Positions 52,652 through 64,000 of a DNA stretch of 64,000 nucleotides are shown in pieces; the first letter of the stretch is position 1; each line of letters starts with the position of its first letter. This DNA comes from Mobula hypostoma. Taxonomy: Eukaryota. The stretch spans positions 50,904,001 through 50,968,000 of the forward strand of contig NC_086108.1 in assembly GCF_963921235.1 (NCBI RefSeq), read 5' to 3'. Both the position numbers and the translations under genes were made by a program. A model generated the notes under the pieces. It was not told the origin of the DNA. It did not search any database and saw nothing but the letters and a program-made list of their open reading frames with translations.

Positions 52652-53785
52652 AAGGAGGTTAGTTAGGAAAATTCAGTCGCTAGGTATACATGGAGAGGTG
52701 GTAAATTGGATCAGACATTGGCTCAATGGAAGAAGCCGAAGAGTGGTAGTAGAGAATATTGCTTCTCTGAGTGGAGGCCTGTGACAAGTGGTGTGCCACA
52801 GGGATCAGTGCTGGGTCCATTGTTATTTGTCATCTATATCAATGATCTGGATGATAATGTGGTAAATTGGATCAGCAAATTTGCTGATGATACAAAGATT
52901 GGAGGTGTAGTAGACAGTGAGGAAGGTTTTCAGAGCCTGCAGAGGGACTTGGACCAGCTGGAAAAATGAGCTGAAAAATGGCAAATGGAGTTTAATACAG
53001 ACAAGTGTGACGTATTGCACGTTGGAAGGACAAACCAAGGTAGAACATACAGGGTTAATGGTAAGGCACTGAGGAGTGCAGTAGAACAGAGGGATCTGGG
53101 AATACAGATACAAAATTCCCTAAAAGTGGATAGGGTCGTAAAGAGAGCTTTTGGTACATTGGCCTTTATTAATCAAAGTATTGAGTATAAGAGCTGGAAT
53201 GTTATGATGAGGTTGTATAAGGCATTGGTGAGGCCGAATCTGGAGTATTGTGTTCAGTTTTGGTCACCAAATTACAGGAAGGATATAAATAAGGTTGAAA
53301 GAGTGCAGAGAAGGTTTACAAGGATGTTGCCAGGACTTGAGAAACTCAGTTACAGAGAAAGGTTGAATAGGTTAGGACTTTATTCCCTGGAGCGTAGAAG
53401 AATGAGGGGTGATTTGATAGAGGTATATAAAATTATGATGGGTATAGATAGAGTGAATGCAAGCAGGCTTTTTCCACTGAGGCAAGGGGAGAAAAAAAAA
53501 CAGAGGACATGGGTTAAGGGTGAGGGGGGAAAGGTTTAAAGGGAACATTAGGGGGGGGCTTCTTCACACAGAGAGTGGTGGGAGTATGGAATGAGCTGCC
53601 AGATGAGGTGGTAAATGCAGGTTCTTTTTTAACATTTAAGAATAAATTGGACAGATACATGGATGGGAGGTGTATGGAGGGATATGGTCCGTGTGCAGGT
53701 CAGTGGGACTAGGCAGAAAATGGTTCGGCACAGCCAAGAAGGGCCAAAAGGCCTGTTTCTGTGCTGTAGTTTCTATGGTTCTACG
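52652..53785 (+). mobile_element. Young 5'-truncated CR1, same subfamily as 28901-31594
   Basis: Near-identical to about 30461-31588; KFADDTK intact; ttctatggttcta tail. Confidence 0.95.
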
Positions 53786-53829
53786 GTAAATGCTGATTGG
53801 CCATCTTCGCATGAAGCACTAAACTAAGA

Positions 53830-54110
53830 AAGCGTAGTAGTTAGCATAACGCTTTACAGTACCAGCAGCCCAGGTTCAATTCCCACCGCAGCCTGTTCTC
53901 CCTGTGACCATCCCAGTTTCCTCTAGATGCTCCAGTTTCTTCCTACATTGCAAAAACATGTCACTTAGGAGGTTATTTGGTCATTGTGGATTGTCCTGTG
54001 ATTAGGCTAGGGGGAAATCAGGGGTTGCTGGGCATTGCCGCTTAAGGGGCAAGAAGGGCCTATTCTGCACTGTATATCTATAAATCAATTAATCAATAAA
54101 TACATAAATA
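53830..54110 (+). mobile_element. tRNA-derived SINE (V-SINE/HE1-like)
   Basis: B box GGTTCAATTCC and homology to 20890-21172. Confidence 0.78.
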
Positions 54111-54284
54111 ACCACTATCCACCCCTTCAACTCTACCACAATATGTTCAGGTGACTGTCCCAGTGACTTCACATTTAAAACACAGAAAAGTCCAGTACAG
54201 GTATAGAACCAGGACTGAGCATGATGCCAGATTAACCTACTCCCTTTTGCCTGACAATTCTAGTTATTTCTACTCTGAGTGGAT

Positions 54285-55572
54285 ATGCAGATGTTTCCAT
54301 TAGTAGGAGAGTTGAGGATCCAAGGGCACAGCCTCAGAATAGAGACAGTCATTTAAAACTGAGATGAGAAGGATTTTCAGAAGGCCTTTGACTAAGTGCC
54401 GTACCTGGCTACTTAGCAAGGTAAGTGCCCAAGGTACTGTAGGAAAGATACTAGCATGGTTAGAGTATTGGCTGATTGGCTGGAAGTTCGGAGTGCGAAT
54501 AAAGGAGGCCTTTTCTGGTTGGCCACTGGTGACTCGGTGTTCCACAGGGGTTGGTTCTGGGACTCCTTTTTACGTTGTACGACAATGATTTGGATGATAG
54601 AATTTATGGCTTTATGATCAAGTTTACGGTGAAAGCGCAGATAGTGTTGAGGAAGCAGGGAGGGTGCAGAAGGACTTGGACAGATTAGAAGGGACAAAGA
54701 AGGGGCAGATGAAATACAGTGTTGGGATATGTATGGTCATGCAGTTTGAGACAAGGAATAAAAACATAGACTATTTTCTAAATGGGATGAAAATTCAAAA
54801 ATCCAAGGTGCAAAGGGACTTGGGAGTCCTCATGCAGGATTCCCTAAAGGTTAACTTGTAGGTCGAGATGGCGGTGATGAAGTCAAATGCAATGTTCACA
54901 TTTGTTTCAAGAGGACTAGAATATAAAAAGGATGTAATGCTAAGGCTTTATAAGGTACTGGTGAGGCCTCACTTGGAGCAGTTTTGGGCCCCTTATCTAA
55001 AGGATGCACTGATATTGTACAGCGTTCAAAGGAAGTTCGTGAAAATGATTCCAGGAATGAATGGCTTATCATATGAGGAGCATTTGATGGCTCTGGGCCT
55101 GTACTTGCTGGAATTTAGAAGAATGAGGGGAGATCTCCAAGAAAACTATCGAACATTAGAAGATCTCAGAGTGGATGTGGAGATGATGTTTTCTTTAGTG
55201 GGGGTGGGAGTCTAAGACCAGAGGGCACAACCTTAGAATAGAGGGGCATCTGTTTAGAACAGAGATAAGAAGGAATTTCCTTAATAAGAGGGTGGTGAAT
55301 CTGTGGAATTCGTTGCCACTGGCAGCTGTGGAGACCTGGTCATTGATAGGTTCTTGATTAGTCGGGACATGAAAGATTACGGGAAAGCAGCAGGAGAATG
55401 GGGCTGAAAGGGAAATATATCAGCCATGATCATATGGTAGAGTAGACTCAATGGGCCAAATGGCCTAATTCTGCTCCTTTGTCTGAAGGTTTTATGGAGT
55501 CTTTCAGCCAGAGGCTGGTAAATCTGCAGAATTTGTTGTCATAGAGGGCTATGGAAGCCAAGTCATTGGATG
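54285..55572 (+). mobile_element. Nested CR1 fragments
   Basis: LYKVLVRPHLEQFWAPYL remnant. A second CR1 3' piece is interrupted by the MITE at 55575 and resumes near 56380. Confidence 0.75.
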
Positions 55573-55574
55573 TA

Positions 55575-56377
55575 CTGTGGATTCCAGTTAATTGAGATAC
55601 ATCGGGACCAGTAAAGTTTGGCTCAATTAGGCAGCTGCCCCAATTAGCCAAAATTTCTTGAAAATAGTTAAAAGAAAAAAAAAGGCAAACTACTGTTTAA
55701 CTGAGTAACATACTATGTATTTAAATGAAGTACAAATTAAAACACTACCAATACCTCTACAGTACTACAAAACGGTATATTAGTCCCTAATAGTTATTGA
55801 TGGAGGTATGCATCCACCGTGCTCTTTTGATTGAGTGTAAATAAATAAGATCAGCGGAGGCACTTGGTGCAAATAATGGACAACCTTCTTACAAGGTTTT
55901 AGTCAATTGCATCCCCCAAATCTTCATTTTCATTGTAACATTTAAGATGATTCTTGATACCTTCATAATTCCTAACTTGTTGAAGTAGTGAATCATTTCC
56001 CTTTCACTCCAGGCTGCTTCTGGCATCTCCAAGCTTGAAAATTGAAACCGCAGGTGAGCGAAACAGTTCTCAATCGTCTCCTTGCTTACTTCTCGCCAAC
56101 GATCAATGACAAAAATCATTGCTTTTTTAACGTGAACATGTGCAACTCACACTATTTAAAAACTGGTTGCAGGGCAGTATGTAATGGCCACACAAATGCA
56201 CATGACTGTTGCTAGCCAGAAACTATTCACCAACAGTCTCCTGTCCCAATTAAGACATTAGCATCACAAATAAATGGAATTCCAGCTATGTTCTCAATTC
56301 AGTTTTTGGTCTTTATGAATTGTCCCAAATAATCAGCTGTCCTTTTAACTGATGGCCCAATTAACTGGAATCCACTA
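55575..56377. mobile_element. Tigger/pogo-like non-autonomous DNA transposon inserted at TA in a CR1
   Basis: TA|CTGTGGATTCCAGTTAATTG ... CAATTAACTGGAATCCACTA TIRs. WREVSKETIENCF resembles the pogo/Tigger transposase C-terminal W..V...TI.NCF motif. Confidence 0.82.
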
Positions 56378-56978
56378 CATTTAAAAAAAGAGACTCTTGA
56401 TTGGTCAGAGGATTAAGATTTATGAGGAGAAGGTAAGTAAATGAGGTTGAGGAAAAAGAAGTCACGCTTCACTGAACTGCAAAACAGACTTGATAGGCTG
56501 AATAGCCTAATTCTGCTTTTATATAAAATGCTGAACACTGCAGCACAGAAATGGGCTCTTCAGCCCACGATACAATGTCAAGCTAATTAAATAAGTAATT
56601 AAATGTCTAACTAAACTACTCCCTTCTACCTACATAATATCCAAATCCCTAAGTACATTACAGCTGCACATCTCTGAGCTGCTTAAGCACTTCTACTGCA
56701 TTTCAACCTAACTAGAATAGTCAGCTGGTATCTTTTTCCCAACTAGAATAGTCAGCTAGTATCTTTTTCCCAGGATTGAAATGTGTCATATCAGAGGACA
56801 TGTATTTAAGGTGATAGGCGTAAGCTCAAAGGACAGAAAATGGTGGGTGTTTGGAATCCACTGCTCAGGAGTGGTTGTGCAGCCAAATACTGTATTGAGC
56901 AACCTAATTGTTGTGCATCATGCAACCCAAACACACAGAAAGTGATGATGCACAATTTTAAATGCAGTTGTCGGCATT

Positions 56979-57071
56979 AGTCCTGACGAAGGGTCTCGGC
57001 CTGAAACGTCAACTGCACCTCTTCCTAGAGATGCTGCCTGGCCTGCTGCGTTCACCAGCAACTTTTATGTG
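56979..57071 (+). mobile_element. 93-bp PLE-derived insert beginning with a minimal hammerhead motif
   Basis: 10-bp TSD TGTCGGCATT (56969-56978, 57072-57081); matches the PLE arm at about 36043-36137. Confidence 0.88.
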
Positions 57072-59286
57072 TGTCGGCATTTAAGTGTACCCTTATTTAA
57101 TCACTGATCTTCACCCTACCACAGAATCTTTCTCTTCTTCCCTCTCTTCTTTCTCAAAATTTGTTAACTTTCATTGTTTCTATCTCTGATGGAAGGCCTT
57201 CAACCCAAAATGTTGCTTATTTTGCTCACAAAGGATTTTGTTTGATCTACATTTGTTTTAATTTATATTTTCAACATTTACAATATTTTTCTTAAGTATA
57301 GGTACCTCTTATTAGTTAAATACACAAACTATCACTACTGTGACAGTTCCATATGAATGTGTTGACAAACTTATACAGCTTGACTGAGAAATTAGCTTAA
57401 GTGGTGTAGCTTAATTCAATGTAATGCAATTGAATGCACATTTTTCTGCCGTGAAACTACTTCCTGATCATTTCTTACCAGTTTGGATCTTCTGGCATTG
57501 GTTATGCATCTATATCATACCTAATTTCTAGATTGCTACCTGTGCCACATGACAGTAAGGGTAGAAACAGGATGATTTGGCAGATAAAAGCATGGCCAAG
57601 AAGCTATGCAAGGGGCAGGGCTTCAGGTTCTTGGATCATTAGATTCTCTTCTGGGGCAGGCATGATCTATACAAAAGCAATGGAGGGTGAACAGCTTTAA
57701 GTTCCTCAGCATAAACATCACCGAGGATCTCACGTGGTCTGCACATACCACTGTGTGGTGAAAATGACACAACAGCGCCTTTTCACCTCAGATGGTTAAG
57801 GATATTTGATGTGGGTCCTAATCCTAAGAACTTTCTCCTCTAATATATTTTTATTGAAGGAATGACACAATACAGAATACATAATGGATTACATTAACCT
57901 CCATTTTGCTTTTGTATCTTACCCCTAAACAAACCTCCCCTCACCCGCCCTCCCCGAACATACCATGGCAGCTAATGTATTTACAATACAACCATTCACA
58001 AATACAAGTAGGGACATTTCACAGCCATATCCCCACACTACTTCAAGACGAAGGCCCACACACATCCACAACGTGTCAGATAGTCCAAAGTACACTCATA
58101 CTACAGTTCATCAACCATCCTGTGAGGTAAACCATATGCGTGTTAAAAGGGAGGCAACTTCCCAAGTACAATCAAATGCCCTCAACTAGTAAGTAATTCC
58201 TTAAGACTCCCAAAACATGACAAGAAAGGTCCCCCTTTCCAGTACAACTTTTCACAGACCCCCTCAAAGTGAATTTAATCTTTTCTAATTTCAGAAAAAA
58301 ACATTACGTCCTCTAACCAAGCAGCAGCAGATGGGGGAGTGGCAGATTTCCAGACCAGCAAGATTCTCCTACGGGCCAATAGCGATGTAAATGCAATGAT
58401 ATCCGACTGGCTTGCATTTAAACCCAAAACATCATCTGCCACACCAAATATAGCTATAAGCGGGCAAAGTCTCAGTGTCACCCCCAAAACCTCACTGATA
58501 ATTTTAAAAACTAGTGCCCAATAGCCATCAAGCTGAGGGCAAGACCAAAATGCATGCACTAAACCAGTTGGAGAGAAGGAACACCTATCACAGCCAGCGT
58601 CTGTCCCGGGATATATGTCAGCAAGCCTGGCTTTACTTAAATGTACCCTGTGTAAAACTTTAAATTGTATGAGCCCCAGTCTAGCACATGATGACTAGGA
58701 ACGAATCCTATTCAATGCTTTTGCCCAATATTCCTTAGCCAGATCCATACCAAGGTCATCCTCCCACCTAGTCTTAGTTTTGTTTAGATCTTGAACTCCC
58801 AAAGACATCAGCTGAGAGTATAGTACAGAGATCAGCCCTTTATTATTAAAGTTAAGAGTGAGTTTTTCCCACAACATAGCAGGTGGCAGATCAGGAAAAG
58901 AGGGAAATTTTTCCTTGACAAAGTGGCAAATCTGCAGGTATTTTAAAAAATGATTATGCGGAAGGCCATGCTTACTGCACAGGTTATCAAAACTATCAAA
59001 TATGTTATCAGTGTACAAATCCTTAATACGCATAAGACCGTTCAAACCCCATTGTCTAAAAACTGAATCGAGCGTGGAGGGAAGAAATAGATGGTTTCTA
59101 TGAATGAGACCCAAAACTGAAGCTGGTGTGAATTTATAGTGGCAGCGAAATTGATTAAAAATTTTGAGGGTGGAAAGCACGACCGGGTTAGATGTGAATT
59201 GAGAGGATTTCAATGGTAAGGAAGAATACACTAAAGCTGAGAAACAAGGAGTGGCAAGACCGTGTCTCAAGCAGGCACCAGTTTGT

Positions 59287-59320
59287 GTCCTGACGAAGGG
59301 TCTCGGCCTGAAACGTCGAC
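59287..59320 (+). ncRNA. Minimal type I hammerhead ribozyme motif (PLE-type)
   Basis: GTC-CTGACGA-AGG(GTCTCGG)CCT-GAAA-CG-TC^GAC. Complete core CUGANGA/GAAA/GUC, stem I GUC/GAC, stem II AGG/CCU, loopless palindromic stem III (ACGU). Predicted cleavage after 59317. Confidence 0.75.
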
Positions 59321-59417
59321 TGCACCTCTTCCTAGATGCTGCCTGGCCTGCTGCGTTCACCAGCAACTTTTATGTGTGTTGCTTGAATTTCCAGCATCTG
59401 CAGAATTCCTGTTGTTT
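59287..59417 (+). mobile_element. 131-bp PLE-derived insert nested in L1 ORF2
   Basis: TSD ACCAGTTT(G/A)T (59277-59286, 59418-59427); matches the PLE arm at about 36044-36177. Confidence 0.88.
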
Positions 59418-59562
59418 ACCAGTTTATATCTGGCCGGTGGAGCCAAAATAATACCTTTTGAATGTTCGATGCCCAGTAATGATGAATAAAGCTAGGAAGG
59501 CCCATTCCACCTACGTCACAACCTCTATGGAGAGTGCGCTTATTAACCCTTGGGAACTTATT

Positions 59563-60016
59563 TTAGATTAGATTAGATTATGAGGACACTCAGTCCTCGT
59601 TTATTGTCATTTAGAAATGCATGCATTCATTAAGAAATGATACAATGTTCCTCCAGAGTGATATCACAAAATAAAACAGGACAGACCAAAGACAAACACT
59701 GACAAGACCACATAATTATAGCATATAGTTACAGCAGTGCAAAGCAATACCACAACTTGATAAAGAGCAGACCATGGGCATGGTTAAAAAAAAGTCTCAA
59801 AGTTCCGATGGACTGCTGACAGTCCCCGATAGCAAGCAGCAGAAGGGAGAAACTTTCCCTGCCATAAATCTCCAGGCGCTGACAACTGTCGATGCATTGG
59901 AAGCACCCGGCCACAGCCCACTCTGAGTCCGTCCAAAAACTTCGAGCCTCCGACCGGCCCTTTGACACCAAGCACCATCTCTGCCCAGCGCTTCGACCCT
60001 GTCCCGGCCGCCGAGA
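59563..60016 (-). mobile_element. 5'-truncated copy of the 25055-25733 retroelement nested in L1 ORF2
   Basis: (ttaga)n tail at 59563-59580, then tgaggacactcagtcctcgtttattgtc, the reverse complement of the 25700-25733 end. Confidence 0.85.
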
Positions 60017-63000
60017 CCCAAATAAAGGAGGTTACAGCTTGGTCGACTGATTTGAAAAATAACTTGGATAAGAAAACTGGCAAGCACTGGAACAAATAAA
60101 GAAATATGGGAAGTATAGTCATTTTCACTGATTGAATTTTCCCAGCTATAGTAAGGGGTAAACTACGCCATCTCTCAAAATCAGCCTTCATTTGGCTAAC
60201 CTGAGGCCTGTAGTTAGCTTCAAACAGAGATGTAAAAGAGCGAATAACGTGTATTCCGAGGTATACAAAACCATCTTGAGGTAAAGGAAAAGGCAAAGAT
60301 TCCTGTTGGATCTGCAGGGCCAAGTTATTAATGGGAAAGCATTTGCTTTTTTGAAAGTTCACTGTATAGCCAAAGAAGGCTCCAAATTGACCTAATAATG
60401 ACACAATAGCAGGACTGCTACCTACAGGGTCGCTAACATAAAGTAAGAGGTCATCAGCATATAGGGATACACAGTGTTCCATGTCCCCTCTCCTAACACC
60501 TTGAAATAATGTAGTTGACTTAAGTGCAATAGAAAGAGGCTCAATTGCAATTGCAAAAACAAGAGGGGACAATGGGCAGCCTTGGCGAGTGCCACGTGTT
60601 AATGGGAAATAGATCAAAATTAATTTGTCTATATACACGCTAAAGGCAAGTGATATAATAGCTTAACCCAGGCTACAAATATTCCGCCAAATCCAAATTT
60701 CTCCACAACACTCAACAAGTATACCCACTCCACTCTATCAAACGCCTTCTCCGCGTCCAAGGAGATAACAACCTCCAGACTCGGAGAAACACTGGGTGGA
60801 TACACCACATCAGCCAGTCGACAGATATTAAAAAAGAATGGCGATTTTTAATAAAACCTGTTTGATCATCTGAGATTATCTTGGGAAGTGGGTGTTCTAA
60901 ATGGCACGTAAGCACTTTAGCCAAAATGTTCACATCCACATTCAAAAGTGAGATGGGGGCGATATGGTCCACATTGAGTCGGGTCCTTGTCCTTCTTAAG
61001 AAGAAGTGAAATAGATGCCTGTGAAAGAGTAGGGGATAAGGAACTGTTCTCCAAAGATTCCTGAAACACTTCTAGAAGGACCAATATGAGCTTATCCTTA
61101 AATTTCTTATAAAATTATATCGAATAACCATCAGGACCTGGGGACTTACCACTCTGCATAGCCATAATGGCATTATTAATCTCTTCCTGCCCAAGAGCCC
61201 GATCTAAATTCTCCACCTCCTCTGGTTCAAGAGTTGGTATTTCCAAATTATCTAAAAAATGTTCCATATTTGTTATATCTGAGGGAAACTCTGAGGTATA
61301 CAGAGAGGAATTAAAAGTTGCAAAGATGTTATTAATCTCTTTTGGATTGCTTGTCAAGTTTTGGTGCATGTCTCTTATCTGGGGAATAAGTCGTGATGCA
61401 GCTTAACGCTTCAACTGATGAGCCATAAGCTGGCTCGCCTTGTCACCTTATTCATAATAGAGGCCACGTGTCTTAAGAATTAGTTGTTCTGATAGGTTTG
61501 TAGATAGAAGATGAAACTTCGCTTGCAAATCAGCTTGGCTTTTATATAATTCCACAGTGGGTGCCTCAGAATATTGCCTATCCAGGTCCAAAATAGATTG
61601 CAATAACAGTTGCATTTCCTTCCTACGCTCTTTATTGGCATGTGAAGTACAAGATATTATTTGAACCCTCAAGTAAGCTTTTAAAGTTTCCCGAAGTAAA
61701 GAGTACGATACCGACTCAGTTTTGTTAGTCTCGAAGAATGCGTCAATGTTAGCTGATATGTAACCACAAAATTTCTCATTGGAAAGCGAAAGGGGGTTAA
61801 GTCTCCACAGAGGCCGTTCTCTAACGTTTAAAGGAAAACAGGTCCAGTTTCACAGGCGAGTGAAGAGTATAGCAGTATACTCAATTTGTCTAATCATTGG
61901 TATCAATGAGCTATATATAAAGAAATAGTCCAGCCTGGAATAGGAGTGGTGAACATGAGAAAAGAAAGAGAATTGCCTAACTGATGGATTCAAAAATCTC
62001 CAAGGATCCATATAACCATTTTGTTGTATAAACATCAAGAAGGCCATTGCCATACCAGAAAATGTTCCCCTAGAGCTAGACCTATCAAGCAGTGGGTCAA
62101 TAGCACAGTTCAAATCTCCTGAAAAGATTGGCTGGTGTGTATTCAGGTTAGGTATTAATGACAAAACCTTATTTGCAAAGTGGACGTCATCCCAGTTAGG
62201 GGCATAAACATTTATCAAAATGACAGGTATCTGAAAGAGAGATCCAGAGACTATAATAAAGTGACCATTAGGGTCACTGATTACATCAGATGGTGTAAAC
62301 TGCATTCTTTTGGTGATTAGAATTGCCACCCCCCTGGACCTGCTATTAAATCTGGAATGAAAAACCTGACTAATCCATGCTTTACGAAGTCTATTATGGT
62401 CTTCCACTCTTAAATGTGTGTCTTGTAAAAACAGTATATCTGCTTTTAATTGTTTCAGATGAGAGAAAACTTTAGCTCTTTTAACAGGACCATTGAGCTC
62501 CTTTACATTCCAAGAAATAAACCTCACAGGGTGGCCTCCGTCAGCAGCACTCATGTTAACCATATCAAAAGACACACAGGGCCTACAATCCAAAACAGTG
62601 CGAGGGCACAAGTTGCACACAATAATGCACAGTGAAAGGAAAGTCTGACCAATCCGTAACACACAAAAGAATAAGCTGCCATGGTAATCCCCCAAAACGC
62701 TCCCCCCACCCCTTTACACAAACGACAAAAAAACTCAATTAACCCCCGAAACCTAGATCTACCTCCCAACTGAGGATGATTGCAGGCATTACCAAACAAA
62801 AAACTTCCAAAGCATTCGCCATACAACCAAACTTTCAATCTGATCTAGGGTGGCTCCCCTCCTTAAAATTTATTCCATCACTTATTCTACCTTTAATATA
62901 TATAGGCTAAAGATGACACAGGCCAAGCATTAAAAACAAAAAAAAAACTAGGAAACTAAACGCCAGAGATACAAATCCCAAATATTTACATTTTTCTGGT

Positions 63001-63054
63001 TGAAAGTTTTTGTTAATCAGATTCCGCAGCACAGCAGTTCGACCTGATCATGTT

Positions 63055-63981
63055 TTACAAACTAAACTGGAAAAAATGAACAAAGAAGTGGATTGCGAAA
63101 ATTAACAGTTTGTCTCGGCATGAGGCCCCTTCCATGCTGCATGAATAACCTAAAAAAAGTAATTGCTCTTCTCGTTCTTCTTCTCCCCAGCGCGAATGGT
63201 AAAACTCTTTGGCCACCTCTGGTGTATGGAAATAATGCTTTCTACCTTCATGCACGACCCGGAGCTGGGCAGGATACAAGAGGCCGAACCTGACCCCTTT
63301 CCCGTAAAGCAGGGATTTCACCTCTTTGAAAGCTGCTCGTTTTCTCCCCAGCTCCGCACTAAAATCTTCATGAAAAAACATACGATGTCCACGGAAATAC
63401 AGCTCCTGCTTCTGTCTATTGATGATGCGTTGCTTATCTTGAAAGAAGTGAAAGAGAACCAGGAACGTTCTTGGTCTCGTTTGCTTGGCTTCAGAGACAC
63501 TGGATGGTTTAGGCCCGAGTCGGTGAGTACACGAAAGTACGAGAGGACTTGGGAAGAAATTTGTCCCCAGCACTTCGTCAAAAAACTCGGTCATAAATTT
63601 AACAGGGTCCAAACCTTCCAAATTTTCAGGAATGCCGACCACTCTCAAATTGGATCTCTGTGACCGATTTTTCAGGTCATCTAGCTTTCCCTTCAGAAAT
63701 GCATTTTCGCTCTGCAATCCTGCAATGGCGGCTTCGGCGCTCATCAGTCGGTCACTGCAATCATTCAGGTCATCTTCAACCTCACAAATGCGTTCGTCGC
63801 ACGACTTGTAATAAGACATAATTTGTTCCATGGTAGCATTCACTGGTGACAAAGCATCTTCAAGTTCTCTTTTTAGGGCAGAATGCACCGCTTGCGTCAT
63901 GTCAGTAAGAAGTACCAAACGAAGCCTTTCCAATTCATTGGGCAGTGCAGGTCCAGGTCCAGCAGCGTGCAACGGAGCCAT
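63055..63981 (-). CDS. L1-type ORF1p (coiled coil + RRM + CTD), open over ~300 codons
   Basis: Heptad-rich N-half followed by NLRVVGIPE and FGLLYPAQLRV motifs typical of vertebrate L1 ORF1. True start may be upstream. Confidence 0.8.
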   Translation of the reverse strand: MAPLHAAGPGPALPNELERLRLVLLTDMTQAVHSALKRELEDALSPVNATMEQIMSYYKSCDERICEVEDDLNDCSDRLMSAEAAIAGLQSENAFLKGKLDDLKNRSQRSNLRVVGIPENLEGLDPVKFMTEFFDEVLGTNFFPSPLVLSCTHRLGPKPSSVSEAKQTRPRTFLVLFHFFQDKQRIINRQKQELYFRGHRMFFHEDFSAELGRKRAAFKEVKSLLYGKGVRFGLLYPAQLRVVHEGRKHYFHTPEVAKEFYHSRWGEEEREEQLLFLGYSCSMEGASCRDKLLIFAIHFFVHFFQFSL

Positions 63982-64000
63982 TACTGTAACATCAGCTTTC

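Larger units (their letters stand above)
57841..64000 (-). mobile_element. L1/Tx1-group LINE, near full length, ORF2 disrupted; 5' end lies beyond the window
   Basis: ORF1 (LKNRSQRSNLRVVGIPE, FFHEDFS, LLYPAQL), APE endonuclease (ISWNVK, LQDTH, NVYAPN, GDLN, SRLDYF), RT (RGTRQGCPLSP, LYADD), HAFWSCP; 3' aataaaaa near 57850. Confidence 0.95.

Noticed and set aside
57478..57540. Minus-strand G|GTAAG donor as the preceding ODR4 exon
   Set aside because: Translation does not resemble the expected ODR4 segment and there is no clear acceptor. The upstream exon is probably outside the window.
58695..60638. Apparently novel fusion ORFs (223 aa and 284 aa)
   Set aside because: L1 ORF2 pieces reading into or out of nested inserts. 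The added segments are non-coding repeat sequence.
1..64000. CRISPR array, operon or prokaryotic defence system
   Set aside because: No regularly spaced repeat-spacer array. Spliced genes and vertebrate retroelements show this is eukaryotic DNA.

Overview
Eukaryotic (vertebrate) genomic DNA, AT-rich and repeat-dense. The repeat families (CR1, Rex1/Babar, L1/Tx1, V-SINE-like SINEs, Penelope-like elements, Tc1/Tigger MITEs) suggest a cartilaginous fish, probably a ray; this is inference. Two convergent host genes can be read. Phosducin (PDC, + strand) has 3 coding exons in 15767-20631 that splice to a 252-aa protein. The 3' part of ODR4 (C1orf27, - strand) has exons at 50995-51183, 45917-45943, 40092-40154 and 37212/37227-37294, plus a probable last exon ending at 32401. 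This matches the known vertebrate ODR4-PDC tail-to-tail arrangement. Most ORFs in the track are retroelement debris. The most interesting structure is a set of Penelope-like element (PLE) derivatives carrying minimal hammerhead ribozyme motifs. These are: a 2.9-kb inverted-repeat PLE with a 13-bp target-site duplication (TSD), into which a Rex1 LINE inserted in frame to give a GIY-YIG::RT chimeric frame; two 93- and 131-bp TSD-flanked inserts that are little more than the ribozyme plus its tail; and a 205-bp element of a second family. No prokaryotic features or CRISPR arrays are present. Repeat boundaries were read by eye and are approximate unless TSDs or terminal inverted repeats (TIRs) are quoted.
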